A DNA stretch of 64,000 nucleotides from contig NC_042998.1 of NCBI RefSeq assembly GCF_006345805.1, forward strand, positions 41,230,001 to 41,294,000, read 5' to 3'. The notes under the pieces are model-generated. The model did no database searches. It was not told the origin of the DNA and saw only the letters and a program-made list of their open reading frames with translations. A program made the translations under genes and the position numbers. Below are positions 52,601 through 64,000 of this stretch, one piece after another. How positions within the stretch are numbered: the first letter of the stretch is position 1; every line of letters starts with the position of its first letter. This stretch comes from Octopus sinensis. Lineage: Eukaryota.

Positions 52601-53029
52601 CTTAATTATATTACAATTGCAATTTTTCTGTCTGTGCAGTATTTGTATGCAGTTTTTATTTTTTTATCATGAATCATTACTAGTATTAGAAATATTTGTA
52701 GTATCAAAACTAACAATTTGTAACCCAATTTAGAAATGAGTAAACAATATAAATTTGCAAAATAATCAAAAAGTAAAATGAGAGAAATATATCCTTATAG
52801 AAATATTTTAGTGTAATTGTTGCTTTTCACATTCTTATCTTTGAATATACTATTGAATTTTTTCTTTATCTAACAATCACTGTTCTTGTGAAAAACTTTC
52901 TACTTTCTGATGTACCTAATTTAACACTGATTTTGTTTTTGTTAATTATTTCAATGTGCATTATATGTATCATTTCCACTACTTATAGTTTCTTCCTTAA
53001 GTCAAGTGTGCATAAAGAAATGCCTTTTT

Positions 53030-54210
53030 CTTGAAGCAGCCATAAGCAAGATGCATCTCACCACACTGCACCAGGTCCCTCACTGATCCTTATTAGCTTT
53101 GACAGGACCTCAAATTCATGTTGTGTGTCTCTGGCAATGACCTCAATCTAGTTGAATGGTTTTCATCTTTCTTAGGTCTTGGATCTATTAATACTTAATA
53201 TGGTCTTTTGTTCAGCATGATATCAGTGACCAACAAATCCTATGCTGCATTTTCACCTGTACCATGAGATGTTTTGTGCTTCCATGAAAAGTCTGATGTA
53301 TGTACCATCAAGACACATTTGAAGCTGTCATTTCATTGTCCAGGTTTTGGCTCCATAGAGAAGAATGCTTTCTCAACATATTCTGAAGAGGGCATGCTTA
53401 GGTGATTTTGAAATACTTGACTGCAAGTTACAAGTACTCTAGAATAGTTCCTTGCATGTACAGGAATCTTTCTTACTATCAGCAACATCAGACCAAAAGT
53501 ACTTAAAGTCACTGACTTCCTTGAGTTGTCTCATTGTTGCAACAAATTGCCATATTGGTTTTTATCTTTATTGATGTTCATATCTTCTTTGCATTGAGAA
53601 ACAGATGGACTTTGGCTCCAGTATGTTCAAAGGATGTTAAAGTCATGTACATCACACAGTTGATGAACTGTGAGAGCAAGATCATCAGTCTTATCAAGGT
53701 TAGAAAGACACTGCTTCTGTCTTGATTGCTTCTTGGTTGTCTTCAGTTATTCCACTTCCAAAGAAAGATGATCCCCATCTTCCTCAGAACTACAGAAGAA
53801 TTACACTCTCACCTATAATGTCTACAACTTTATGCACCCTAATAGCATTTCCCCTCACATTGTTCCTAATAAAGAATCAAAACAGCTTTTACAAAGGTAG
53901 ATCAACATTACCATGGACTGTTGCCCTTCAAAAACTTACAAAAGAGCTCAGAATCTCCCAAGCAAAAGGTATCAGTTGCATTTGTGGATTTTTCCAAAGT
54001 ATTCATTAGTGTCAATAGAAAGGCCATTTTCCATAGATGAGATTGTCAAAGTCATCAACATCATGTAGAAAAATCCATCAAGCTTTGTGCAAAGCATCAG
54101 ACTGTCCAACTTGAGGATTTCTTAATGACAACAAGAATTTTTCAGAGAGACACTTTAGCTCCTTTTCTTTTTATGATTGTAGTGGATTACATCCTTAGGT
54201 AACTAAGATG
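53030..54210 (-). mobile_element. RTE-clade LINE with an inverted 5' segment
   Basis: The minus segment 53735->53030 reads LSNLDKTDDLAL, DFKYF, ILLYGAKTW, LDGTYIRL. The plus segment 53740->54210 reads VIPLPKKDD...NYR.I.L, NQNSF.KGRST, VAFVDFSKVF, IFQRDTLAPFLFMIVVDYILR. Confidence 0.85.
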
Positions 54211-56469
54211 GAACAAAATTATGCATGCATTTTTAGCAACATCATAGAGAGATTTTTAAAAATGACTAAAATGCATAGTTGCAGACTTTGTGGTTTATCT
54301 TACTTCACAGCCACATTGTCATGCACTTAATTTCATTGCTTGGCAGGTATCTTGAGAAAGTATCTTCTTTCATTGTTTTGGTTTGACCAATGCTCTGTGA
54401 ATGAAATTAATAAAAGGTATTGTATGTAAGCCCATTGTATTAGTGTGTTTGTGTGTGTACATAAACCTGAAATTCTGCAACATTACTCTCTACAAGATTT
54501 CAGTTATTGCCCCCGAGACAATCATAGTTCCACCCAGGTACCACACAGTGGAATCATCCAAACCATGCAGCCATGCCATACTTATATATAATATGCACAC
54601 ATTGACTGAATTATAGTAACTATTTTGCAATCCTTTTGGTTTCAAATGTCAAAAGCTGTATGTTCTCTAGTTCACTGCTTCAGGAACCAAGCTCAATTTT
54701 TGATTGCAATGATAATTTTGCATTTCCCCTCTACTGGCGTATAAGTAAAGTGAAGCTGAAATATCATAAAAGTGTTAACAGTTATAGAACTTGTATCATT
54801 GCTGATTTTGATAATAAATAGATTTTTCTCCATATATAAAGAGATATTTTGTATGTAAAAACCAATAAAAATGTTGTAGAAGTAGATCTTTCCTTGGGTG
54901 GTTTGAGAGGATTGCCTTAAGATAAAGGTGGTAAAAGTATCTGATCTCTTTGTATAAACAGAATAAGAAAAAAAACTGTTTTGTACATGAAAAATGAACA
55001 ATATCGAAGTATTTGTGGGCTTTATCATCTAGATTTGAAATAAACAATGAGTGAACAAGAGTGCTCTTATATTTGCTAAAAATAGTAACCAAATCTCACT
55101 CATATATTACCATATTGTCTTCAAAAATGAAAGGACACCTTTGAAACGGAATAATTGGTGAAAACTTGGATTTAAGAAAATATTGATTTAAGTGCTTATA
55201 AGAGAAGAAAATATTTGTGAAATCTGAAATTCTTAAGACTTAGATATTATGAACTGATTTAATATTAGCAGTGCACCTGTTAGGAAACTAAAATATGTTC
55301 CAAAGTTATTACCACTTAGTATTGTATAGAAAAGAAATGAAAACAAATGAATAACTTTTAGAAAAAATAACAAAAACATCTAAAAGCTGAATTTGGAATA
55401 TACTCAGGCTTGCTACTTCTATTTTGTTACATGTAGAATTTTTTGAGTTTATGTTGATACATTCACTTCTTAAAATTTTTATGGTTCATTAAAAGAAAAT
55501 AAGATAAGTCACTCTGAAGAATCAGCACAAGCACTAACGGTGAAATTATTATTGCAGTAGGGCAGTATGTTTTTATACATATTTTATACTTACAAAAGTC
55601 AATTCTACAAATCCACTAATGTTTCTTTTCTTTTTTTAACACCTATCCAAAAAGTCTTAAATCATTTTTCAGAAATATCATTACTATTTTGTACTTTACT
55701 GCATGGCAAATATATACTGATAATTCTCTTTGTGAAACCCAGTCAGCTGTTTGACTGGTAATAAACTGGGTAGCACCCTGAAGTTATTCAGAAATTCTTC
55801 CACCTTATATTTTTTCTCTCTTGGCATGCACACTAAATTCATCATGGTACTATTCACAGATGTCTGGAATTTCTTAAGACCCACATCTCTGTAACAAATT
55901 ACTATTAACACAACAAACACTATACTGGCAGATGAGTCTGGGTTTCCATGAAACATAGAAATCTATAAATTTTTAAGAAATTTGCCGCTCTGTTAACTGA
56001 AAAACAAAAAAAAAAACAAAAGTGTTTTTCTTTTTAAATCATTAACTTACACTGTTGAAAAGAAAAATGTTGGCGAGAGAGGTTTTTTTAAAGAAGTAAA
56101 AAAAATTATACCCTATGATAGAATTTAGAAGTGTTTTCTGCAGCTAACTTTCTAAATGTGCTTTCAAACTCATTTCAGCTTAGTTTTGATATGGTTGTTT
56201 AAAAATATGAGTGGAGCTTTAGTCTTAGTAATCCATATTAGATTTCTTTTCTAACATATTATTCAAAACATGTTGCTAATGTTAAAAAAGAAAAGAAAGA
56301 AATTGACTAAATGTTAAATTATACAATGTCCTGTTCACTCAGTTAGCAAATTAAACATTAACTCATTCTTAATTATTAAATTGGACCACTTGGAAATTGG
56401 TGCATTTCTTCCTCAAGATCAGATTTTATCCACAGTGTCCAAATATTGATTTCTTTTATTGCTATAGAA

Positions 56470-56900
56470 ACTTGTGATTAATCGAATCAAGCTCAAATAT
56501 GTTATGTCTTTAACTTATGTGGTTAACTTCCCATGCTTTATTGATTCCACATGTATTGAGCCTAGTTCAACAGCTATACTGTTTCAATCATGCCATGCAC
56601 ATATCCTCTCACAGTCCAAATTTCCTTGCCCTTCACATTCAGCTCTACGACTTGGCTGTAGTTACATTGACCTTTGTCTGATAACCCCTATTCTAGTCAG
56701 TAATACCCCTACTCTCACATCCAACCTTACACTTTCATCTATTTGACTTCATTGACTGACTTGTCCCTTCAATTCTCATATAACTTGTCTCGTTGGCCCC
56801 AAACCTAGAGTCAGTATGAACTGCCACTTTGACTGCATCTCACCTAACTTTAATATACAGCATAATTTGCATGCTCTGGAGTGAAATGCTAACTATGGAA
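56470..56900 (+). mobile_element. Possible LINE AP-endonuclease relic
   Basis: Weak similarity only (VVNFP.., IDLCLITP). Confidence 0.3.
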
Positions 56901-57588
56901 TTATTGCCATTGCATTAGTATCAATATATTTTATATATATTATTTTTTTACATATAAATCATTATTAGTAATTTTTAAGTGATGCTTGGTTCTTTAACAT
57001 TTTCATAGCTTGTAAGAAATGTTTTACTCTGTTCTTGGGCAAAACAAGTTGACTTTTGGGAGCCATGTTTCATAAAAATATTTATAATGATGCTTAAGGA
57101 GTTTGCAAAACCTATAGCAGAGTGCTTTAACTTGGTTGACCTCACTTCTGATAAATAGGCTAGAAAATTTTTGAGAGCCCCTGGAGTAGGTCATATACAT
57201 ATTTTTCCTTTTTGAAGCATAGGAGTGAGGGCTCTGAAAACTGAAGGGCAGTAGTATGGATGGGTGGCAGGAAGTAGAAGTTACAAAGCAAAGATGTTGG
57301 AGCAGCCAGTTTGGGTTGTCCAATACAGTGGTTCAAAAGCGACCTACACAATCACCAAAAGCAATGTCTTTATCTAGATACTTCTGCTCTACATGACCAT
57401 AATATATTCTCGTCTCACCTGATTATTCCCCTTACTGTCAGTCCCTTCACCCTGTAATTGTTTACATTGGCTTATGGCCTGTGTTTGTGTATATTGTGTT
57501 CTAATTCACTGTGTCTATACATCCTGTAAATACATAGGCTACTAGATCATAATTGTTGGATGGTGTTTTTGCATACACTATACATAAT

Positions 57589-57748
57589 CACTAGCTTAGC
57601 TAGAGGGGGAAGATGGAGTGGTCCACCATAACTAGAGGGGGGCAGCACTTTTGGGTCTGCTGTAGGCAATATGTATCTTTTGTGGGGGCCCAGATGCAGC
57701 AAACTGAAGGGCCACCCTGGGCAGTACACACTCTAGCTGTACATACTG
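57589..57748. mobile_element. Short GC-rich MITE-like element
   Basis: Imperfect inverted termini (cactagcttagctagag ... ctctagctgtacatactg) surround a G-rich core. Confidence 0.45.
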
Positions 57749-60195
57749 TATCATAGATGCAGTTCTTATTAACAGCGTACTACTCTTCTCTTATTTGGCC
57801 TAAATTTTCTTGTGTTAGTATATATTTGTGTGTGTTAATATATGTATACATACTGCTCTATTCATACATTCCATACTGTTTGTACATTCACTGTACATAT
57901 TTGCTATGTATTGACTGTATACAATATACTGATAAAAATGTAGTTCTTTTTTTTTTCTTTCAGTTTGTGCACATGTTCATGGTTCTATTTTCATTATTTC
58001 AACCTCCTGCACACTTCTCACCACACTTCCCCACCATCATAAACCAATATTACTTTTCTGCCTGCCTTCCTTTCTCTAGACATTTTTGTTTTTCAATTCT
58101 TACCATTTCTCAAACTTCCCCTTTGCCCCTCTTCCCCCATCTCCACTGTTTTGTGAATATCAAAGTTTTTTTCTTTTGTTCAACCCTCCCCACTCTGTCT
58201 TGCTTTCTTTCTAATTCCTCAGTTCACTTGATCTGTGACAGTTCACCTCCTTCCTCATTTCAAATGACCTGCAAAGTTTTGCTTCAAGTTTTTACTACTC
58301 TTCCTTCTACTTCACTTCCTCCCACATCACCTGTTTCCCACACTACTCACATCATCTCTTAACCACCTCCTACACTACTACTTACCTCATCTCCCATAAT
58401 ACTTACAATTTCCTTCCCTCTTTCTACACTCAACATAACTCTTTCATCTCTCCTGTTTTCATTTGCCTTTTCTGTGACTTCAATGTCAGCTTCATCAGCT
58501 TCTGTATGCTTTTCAGTGTATGACTTGTATGCATCTATCTAATCACATGTGGAAGGATGAATGGTAAAGACAGTCAACTCCACTGTTGTTCTGTGACTCA
58601 CTACCCATATGCACTTGCCAAATATTGAAATATACAATCAAAATGTTTTGAATATTGTATACTTAAAAATAATAAAATAAGTTTAAAAGTTCTTGTATTA
58701 TATATCACATTAACTCAGTTAAGCTAATGTGATGTTTAATAGTTATAATCAGTAGAGAGTTTCACTTGATGTGTGTGATCTAGTTCAATGTCTCATTGAC
58801 TTTAAATCCTACAAAGGCTTTAACTCCTGAACTTCAGCATCAGTTTATATATTGATGTCAATTTTATGTTCCTCTTGGCCTTGTGGATCTGTTATTATAT
58901 GAATTTTCTTGTATTTTTATACATACATAGAAGTCTTAATTTCCACATTCAGCTCATTTGTTTTTGTCTTTGTTTTTTCTTTTTGTCTGGTCAGTTTACT
59001 TTTTTGTTGCTTTTCTCTTTCTTTTCTTGGAAGATTTCAGTGTATTTCATTATTTTATACTGCTACATAATGTTAATGTACTTTTATAATTATAACCATG
59101 ATGTATGATAATGTCAAGATCTGCTTGATCATTGCTAGTTTTCTTTCATATTAAATGTAAAAGTTATAAATGCTAATTAATTGGTAGGGACTATAACATA
59201 AAAGTTATGTTCATAGCATTTTGAATATGTAAGTCAGATGTAATTCCCGAGTAAAAACTTAAAATTCATATCTTGTTGATCTTGTAGTTTTTTGCTTAAA
59301 AATGTTGTTAGCCCATAAGTATGGTGTTAGTTACATTAATCCATGAAAAATATAAACTTTTAAAAAATATGATTTTACTGAATAAATTGCTGAAGGTATT
59401 CTAGCTTTCAAGTATAACATCCCATCATGGTTGGTTATTTTACACCAAAATCCTTGTTTTCATAGTAGTTGATTATGACCAAGTTTGAATGCTAAAAATT
59501 TAATCTTTGTTGTACAACTTTTCTATCAGCCTATCCACCACTGTTAATTAACAAATGTAGTTGGATAGAATAGAACAAGTAGTAATGCCAAAACAGGATC
59601 AAGGAATTCACCCTATACAGTTACATGTCTTACTATCATCTTTTAATGCCAGGGGTAGATATATAATACATTAGATACATGTTAAATACCAATAAAATCA
59701 TGAAGTAATTATTTTAAAATATTGTATGCTATTTATTGCAAATGTATTATCACTTAACTGTTTATTAGAGTTATACATAGATTGTATCAACCTCAGTTTT
59801 TGCTTGTTAATAACTAGAGATGAGCAGAACTGTCGCTATTTTCTTTGTGTTGTACCCAGAGGGAAGATGAGTTGAAAACATCAGGACAACCTCATATAAT
59901 GTTGAATTATCAGTAGCATATTAAGCTCACAAAAATGTGTTGCTTGAACTTGCTATTTTTATACTGAAAATCTGTTTTTCATTCAGTATGTAAAACTCAG
60001 TTTGTTATTTCAGATAAGGTTTACTTTTTTTTACTTTGTATCTGTGTATTTTATAAAATTATGTTCAACTTTTATTTCATTTGCTCTGTTTTAGTAATTG
60101 TGTAGATAATACTTCTACTGTCTATAAGGAAACCCCATTACTAGTCTACCTTTATTTTTTCTTAAAATTCTGTATTCTGCCAATTTGAGCACAGC

Positions 60196-60196
60196 T

Positions 60197-60223
<27 letters not shown>
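60196..60223. repeat. (TA)n microsatellite
   Basis: Directly visible. Confidence 0.95.
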
Positions 60224-60227
<4 letters not shown>

Positions 60228-62405
60228 GACTTTATTGGTCTTTGGAGGAGATTAAAATATGCTGTCTGTCTGCTTTATTTTGGGTTGAAGTCAGATTGTT
60301 GAGGAAGGATATTTTGTGTACTTTGCAGGACTTAAATTTCTTGAACACCTGTTAGCTTTTATAAACAAGAAGTGCTGGTAAACTTGATGTTATTATATTT
60401 CTGTGGATGACACAAAAGTGAGAAGAATATTAGCCTTCAGTACTCTAATAGATACACTTGACTGGTTTCTTGGATTAAAAGATTTAACAAATTATTGTTT
60501 GCTTTCAGTTTCGCTCCTACATTTAATTTATTCCTATTTTAGGTCATTTGTAGGTTTAGAGTTTAAAGATTTTGATTCTTTATGTTCAGTAATGAAGGTG
60601 CCCAGTATTAAGGAGTTGGCTTAAAGGAAGAAACAACTTTCTACATTTAATGAAATTTAAATGTTTTCTACTTCTTGGTTAAAGGTACATTTGGTGAAGA
60701 ATGTTGATTTCAACTACATTGCTATTTTGGAATGTGCCATTGCTAGTTTAGAATATGTTGACTAGCACAGCAAAGAAAATGTTTCTTTTTCTTTCTTTTT
60801 TATGAAAGGGCAAATGATGCTGGATGTAGCACTTTATGCTTCATTTAAATAGCTCTTGAATAAACTTAGACATACTACTTACCCCTGTAAATTCTGTGCA
60901 GTCTTGCAGACAGCATTCACACATTTAGTCAAGATGTTGAGTATACATTTTCATTCCTTCATATGTGTTTTCAGTGTCTTAGTATGTAGCTGCATGTATC
61001 TTGTAGAAATGTTTTTGGCAAGCAAAAATTCCTGTAGAGAGTTTTTCTAAGTTTGCTTGAATGAACTGTAAACTCCTTTCCAAGATACTTAAAATATATA
61101 GCTTTGAAACCTCACTATAAAGGCAATACTAGTTGATAAATTAGGAATCAGTATAAAACGTTGACTTTGGAGGAGTAGTGATACCGTTGCACTTTTTGCC
61201 CTGCTATTCATAAGGTATGAGAGAGTAAAATAATACTTATTTATACCTTAGGAACTGTTCATTACTAATCCTTCAAAAGGTTTTGTTCATTTTGCTGAGA
61301 TATGATATATCATGGAGCTGCTTCTCCAAAATATGCAGGCTACACATTTAATGCCTGCTTCTAATGTATGTCTACACATGTTTTGCATTAAATTATTATA
61401 TATAAACATGCTATCATTTAGACACAGATCATTTATTTCAGAAAGTAATAACCAGGTAAACCTTCTTCTCATCATGCTATTTTAACAACATCCTTCTGGC
61501 TCCACCTATCCATGTTAGAACCATTTATTATCTTTAACACGGCAGCTGAATGAATATATATAGAAGCTGTTATTAGAGGTACACCTTGGAGTTTTAGAGA
61601 GACTCCAATAACAGAAAAGGAATAATAACCCTAGATTTTAATGTCATTAAGTTCAGTTTAATTGACAAATTATAGTTTCTTGTCTCTCAAGCATTTCCGT
61701 AGAGTAATTATCATGCCATCTCAACCATCAGTGTGACATTTTGGAAACAATTATGTGATTCTGGCAAGAAGGTTTTTGCTCCAGTGTTAAAAGGGAGACA
61801 CTACTCATTTTCACCTAGATTGTAAATGTTTTTATTCATGAGAAACAGTTGTGTAATTTCTTTTATTTGCATCATCATTCCATATAATTTAAGAATTGAC
61901 TGCCAAGTGTCATCTCATGCAATTTTCTTTCCTTTAGAAGAAAAAAGGTCAGTTAATACTTTTCTCGGCTACAATAACAACTAAATTGTTATTATGATTG
62001 TGGTTGCAGGCATGGCCATGTTGTTAGGTTCATATCACTTCACATTCATATGGTTCAGAATTCAGTTCCCCTGTATAGCACTACACCTGAGGTAAATTTC
62101 TCTTACTGTAAGCTTCAGATGTGATCCAAATTTTGTGAAATCGAAAGAATATGGCCACCCATTGGATAGTATCTTATTCTTCGGTGGTAAACCTAATACC
62201 TCACTCAGTTTAATACTACCATCTTGCTTTTGGGTTCCTTGAGAGATTGAAGTCCTCTCTGTTGCCAGCATTCACATCAGGTCTCCAGTTTGAAGATAAC
62301 TTGATTCCTTGCTTAAATAAGTATTATTTTGCTCTCCCATACCTTATGAATAGCAGGGCAAAAAGTGCAACAGTACCACTACTCCTCTAAAGTCAGCGTT
62401 TTATG

Positions 62406-63711
62406 AAACTACTCTTCAGACTAAAACAGAAAATGAGCTCCTGAATACAATTGGCTCATTCATCTCATACATATGAGCACAAATGTACAGAACCTTGTCT
62501 ATGGGTTCTTCCTTGCTTCCTTCTGTATTGTCTATAGGTTCTTGAGAGGTTTGGCAAATGTTATGATTCTATATTTCTTCCTCTGAGGCTAAACCACATA
62601 AAAAAATACAAGACTTGGGTTCTTCACACTGAATAACTTGAGAGCAATGTTTGTTGCATTTTACTGACATTGAAATACATGTGCATGATGATTCCATGTT
62701 GCCTTTGTCCAGTCTCAGCACTTTGCTCATTGTCTTTTTGAGGTTAAATAAATATACTGAGGTTTCCAATTCCCATTTACATTGTGGAGCCAATTTAGAT
62801 AATCTCCAAGATGGAGAGCAGGCAGAAACGTTAGCATGCCTGGCAAAAGGCTTAGTGATATTTCGTCTGTCTTTACATTCTGAGTTCAAATTCCACTGAG
62901 GTCTACTTTGCCTTTCATCCTTTCAGGGTCAATAAATTAAGTACCAGTTGCATACTGGGGTCGATCTAATTGACTGCCCCCTCCCCAAAAATTTTGGGCC
63001 TTGAGTAGAAAAGAATTTAGATGATCTCCTTTTGCTTTCAATTTGTGACCTACATTTCAGTTATTCGTCGGTAGATCTTAATTTACATTGTGGTTCTACA
63101 TAGTTTTGCTTAAATTTACATGCTTTGATTACCCAGAGAACCTTTTTGTTTCTGTCATAAATGTAATGTATGGTTGAGACTAATTGTAGGTACATTAGTA
63201 TCTCATGTTATGCACATATATACACACCTAGTTTGGTTTTGTAATTACCACAATGTTTTGGTGTGTTTGCAATAACCTCTCCATTCATAATGGTGACTTG
63301 TGAGTCATTAGTTTTAATTTTGGTTTAATATCAAATTATTTTTGTGTTGATTTAAAGACCTCTAGTTTTCTGGTGTCATATTTTCTACTTTCTGATTACC
63401 TCTTAATTGCGAAACATCCTTTCTAATAATTCCTCTTTTTTGACGATGGGGTCATTAATTAAAGATAATTAAGTATGGATTTATTTAGGATATTTCTTTA
63501 ATTGCTTTTTGTGTCCTTTTGCATCAGCCATGCACATAGATGTGTGTGTACATGTTTACATATAAATTTATAAAATGTAAATTGCAAATAACAACAATGT
63601 CTTTTGTATAAATATTAATAAGAATATATTTATAAAACTACTCTTCAGAAAATGAGCTCCTGAATACAATTGGCTCATTCATCTCATACATATGAGCACA
63701 AATGTACAGAA
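62406..63711 (+). repeat. Dispersed direct repeat pair (62427-62492 = 63646-63711)
   Basis: 66 identical nt, plus a shared upstream aaactactcttcag. Confidence 0.9.
62812..63016 (+). mobile_element. tRNA-related SINE
   Basis: gagcaggcagaaacgttagcatgcctggcaaaaggcttag...ctgagttcaaattccactgaggtctactttgcctttcatcc..aattaagtaccagttg. Confidence 0.85.
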
Positions 63712-64000
63712 AGAAAGTATTTCCGAGTGAGTGAAAAATAAAACTAGTCATAATTAATTAGTGATGGAACCTCTTAAATTTAAGAAAATGAAATGCAAGC
63801 ATTTATGTATTGGATATTTTGAGGGAAAAATTTACTGGTTTCTAGAAACCAGTCATTTCATATTTTATTCAAACTGTTCATTGGTTGATGTTAATTTTGT
63901 GGTTTCTTTTTATTATTAGCCATTTAAAGTGGCTTTAAATATTCTGAATGAGATTTGGTTCACAATAATTTGATGATGATTTTGTTGAAGTAACTTTTTA

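Noticed and set aside
57757-58362. Longest ORF in the track (201 aa)
   Set aside because: It is an F/L/S/P-rich translation of a pyrimidine-rich low-complexity tract with no domain motifs.
58465-58510. Minus-strand ctgatgaag motif as a second hammerhead
   Set aside because: No GAAA, stem II or stem I complement. The other ctgatga sites (e.g. ~710, ~1256, ~30600, ~32279) also lack the fold.
60230-61100. Possible minus-strand LINE RT relic
   Set aside because: Motif similarity was too weak to call by eye.
1-64000. CRISPR arrays, rRNA, operons or other prokaryotic systems
   Set aside because: No regularly spaced repeat-spacer arrays or dense ORFs. The sequence is eukaryotic intron.

Overview
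This is an AT-rich, repeat-dense eukaryotic window. The SINE families and microsatellite load look like an octopus genome, which is recognition from memory rather than a search. Only one convincing coding exon is present: 26130-26543 (+), 414 nt, phase 0/0, encoding two partial spectrin repeats joined by a Ser/Thr/Ala-rich linker, most like invertebrate dystrophin. The rest appears to be two giant introns (>26 kb and >37 kb) of that gene. They hold tRNA-derived SINEs, RTE-tail SINEs, decayed RTE and CR1-like LINE fragments, a Gypsy protease-RT relic, piggyBac-like and Helentron-like non-autonomous elements, and microsatellites. The most notable observations are: (1) a minimal type-I hammerhead-ribozyme-like fold with a non-canonical CUGUUGA core at 34076-34113, in a ~190-nt Penelope/retrozyme-like unit on the pre-mRNA strand; (2) a 143-nt inverted SINE pair with 6 mismatches, four of them A:C, bracketing the single exon, a candidate ADAR/back-splicing stem; (3) an RTE LINE with twin-priming-type 5' inversion geometry at 53.0-54.2 kb; (4) candidate recursive splice sites; and (5) an identical 66-nt direct repeat 1219 nt apart. 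All family assignments come from hand translation and motif recall, not database searches.
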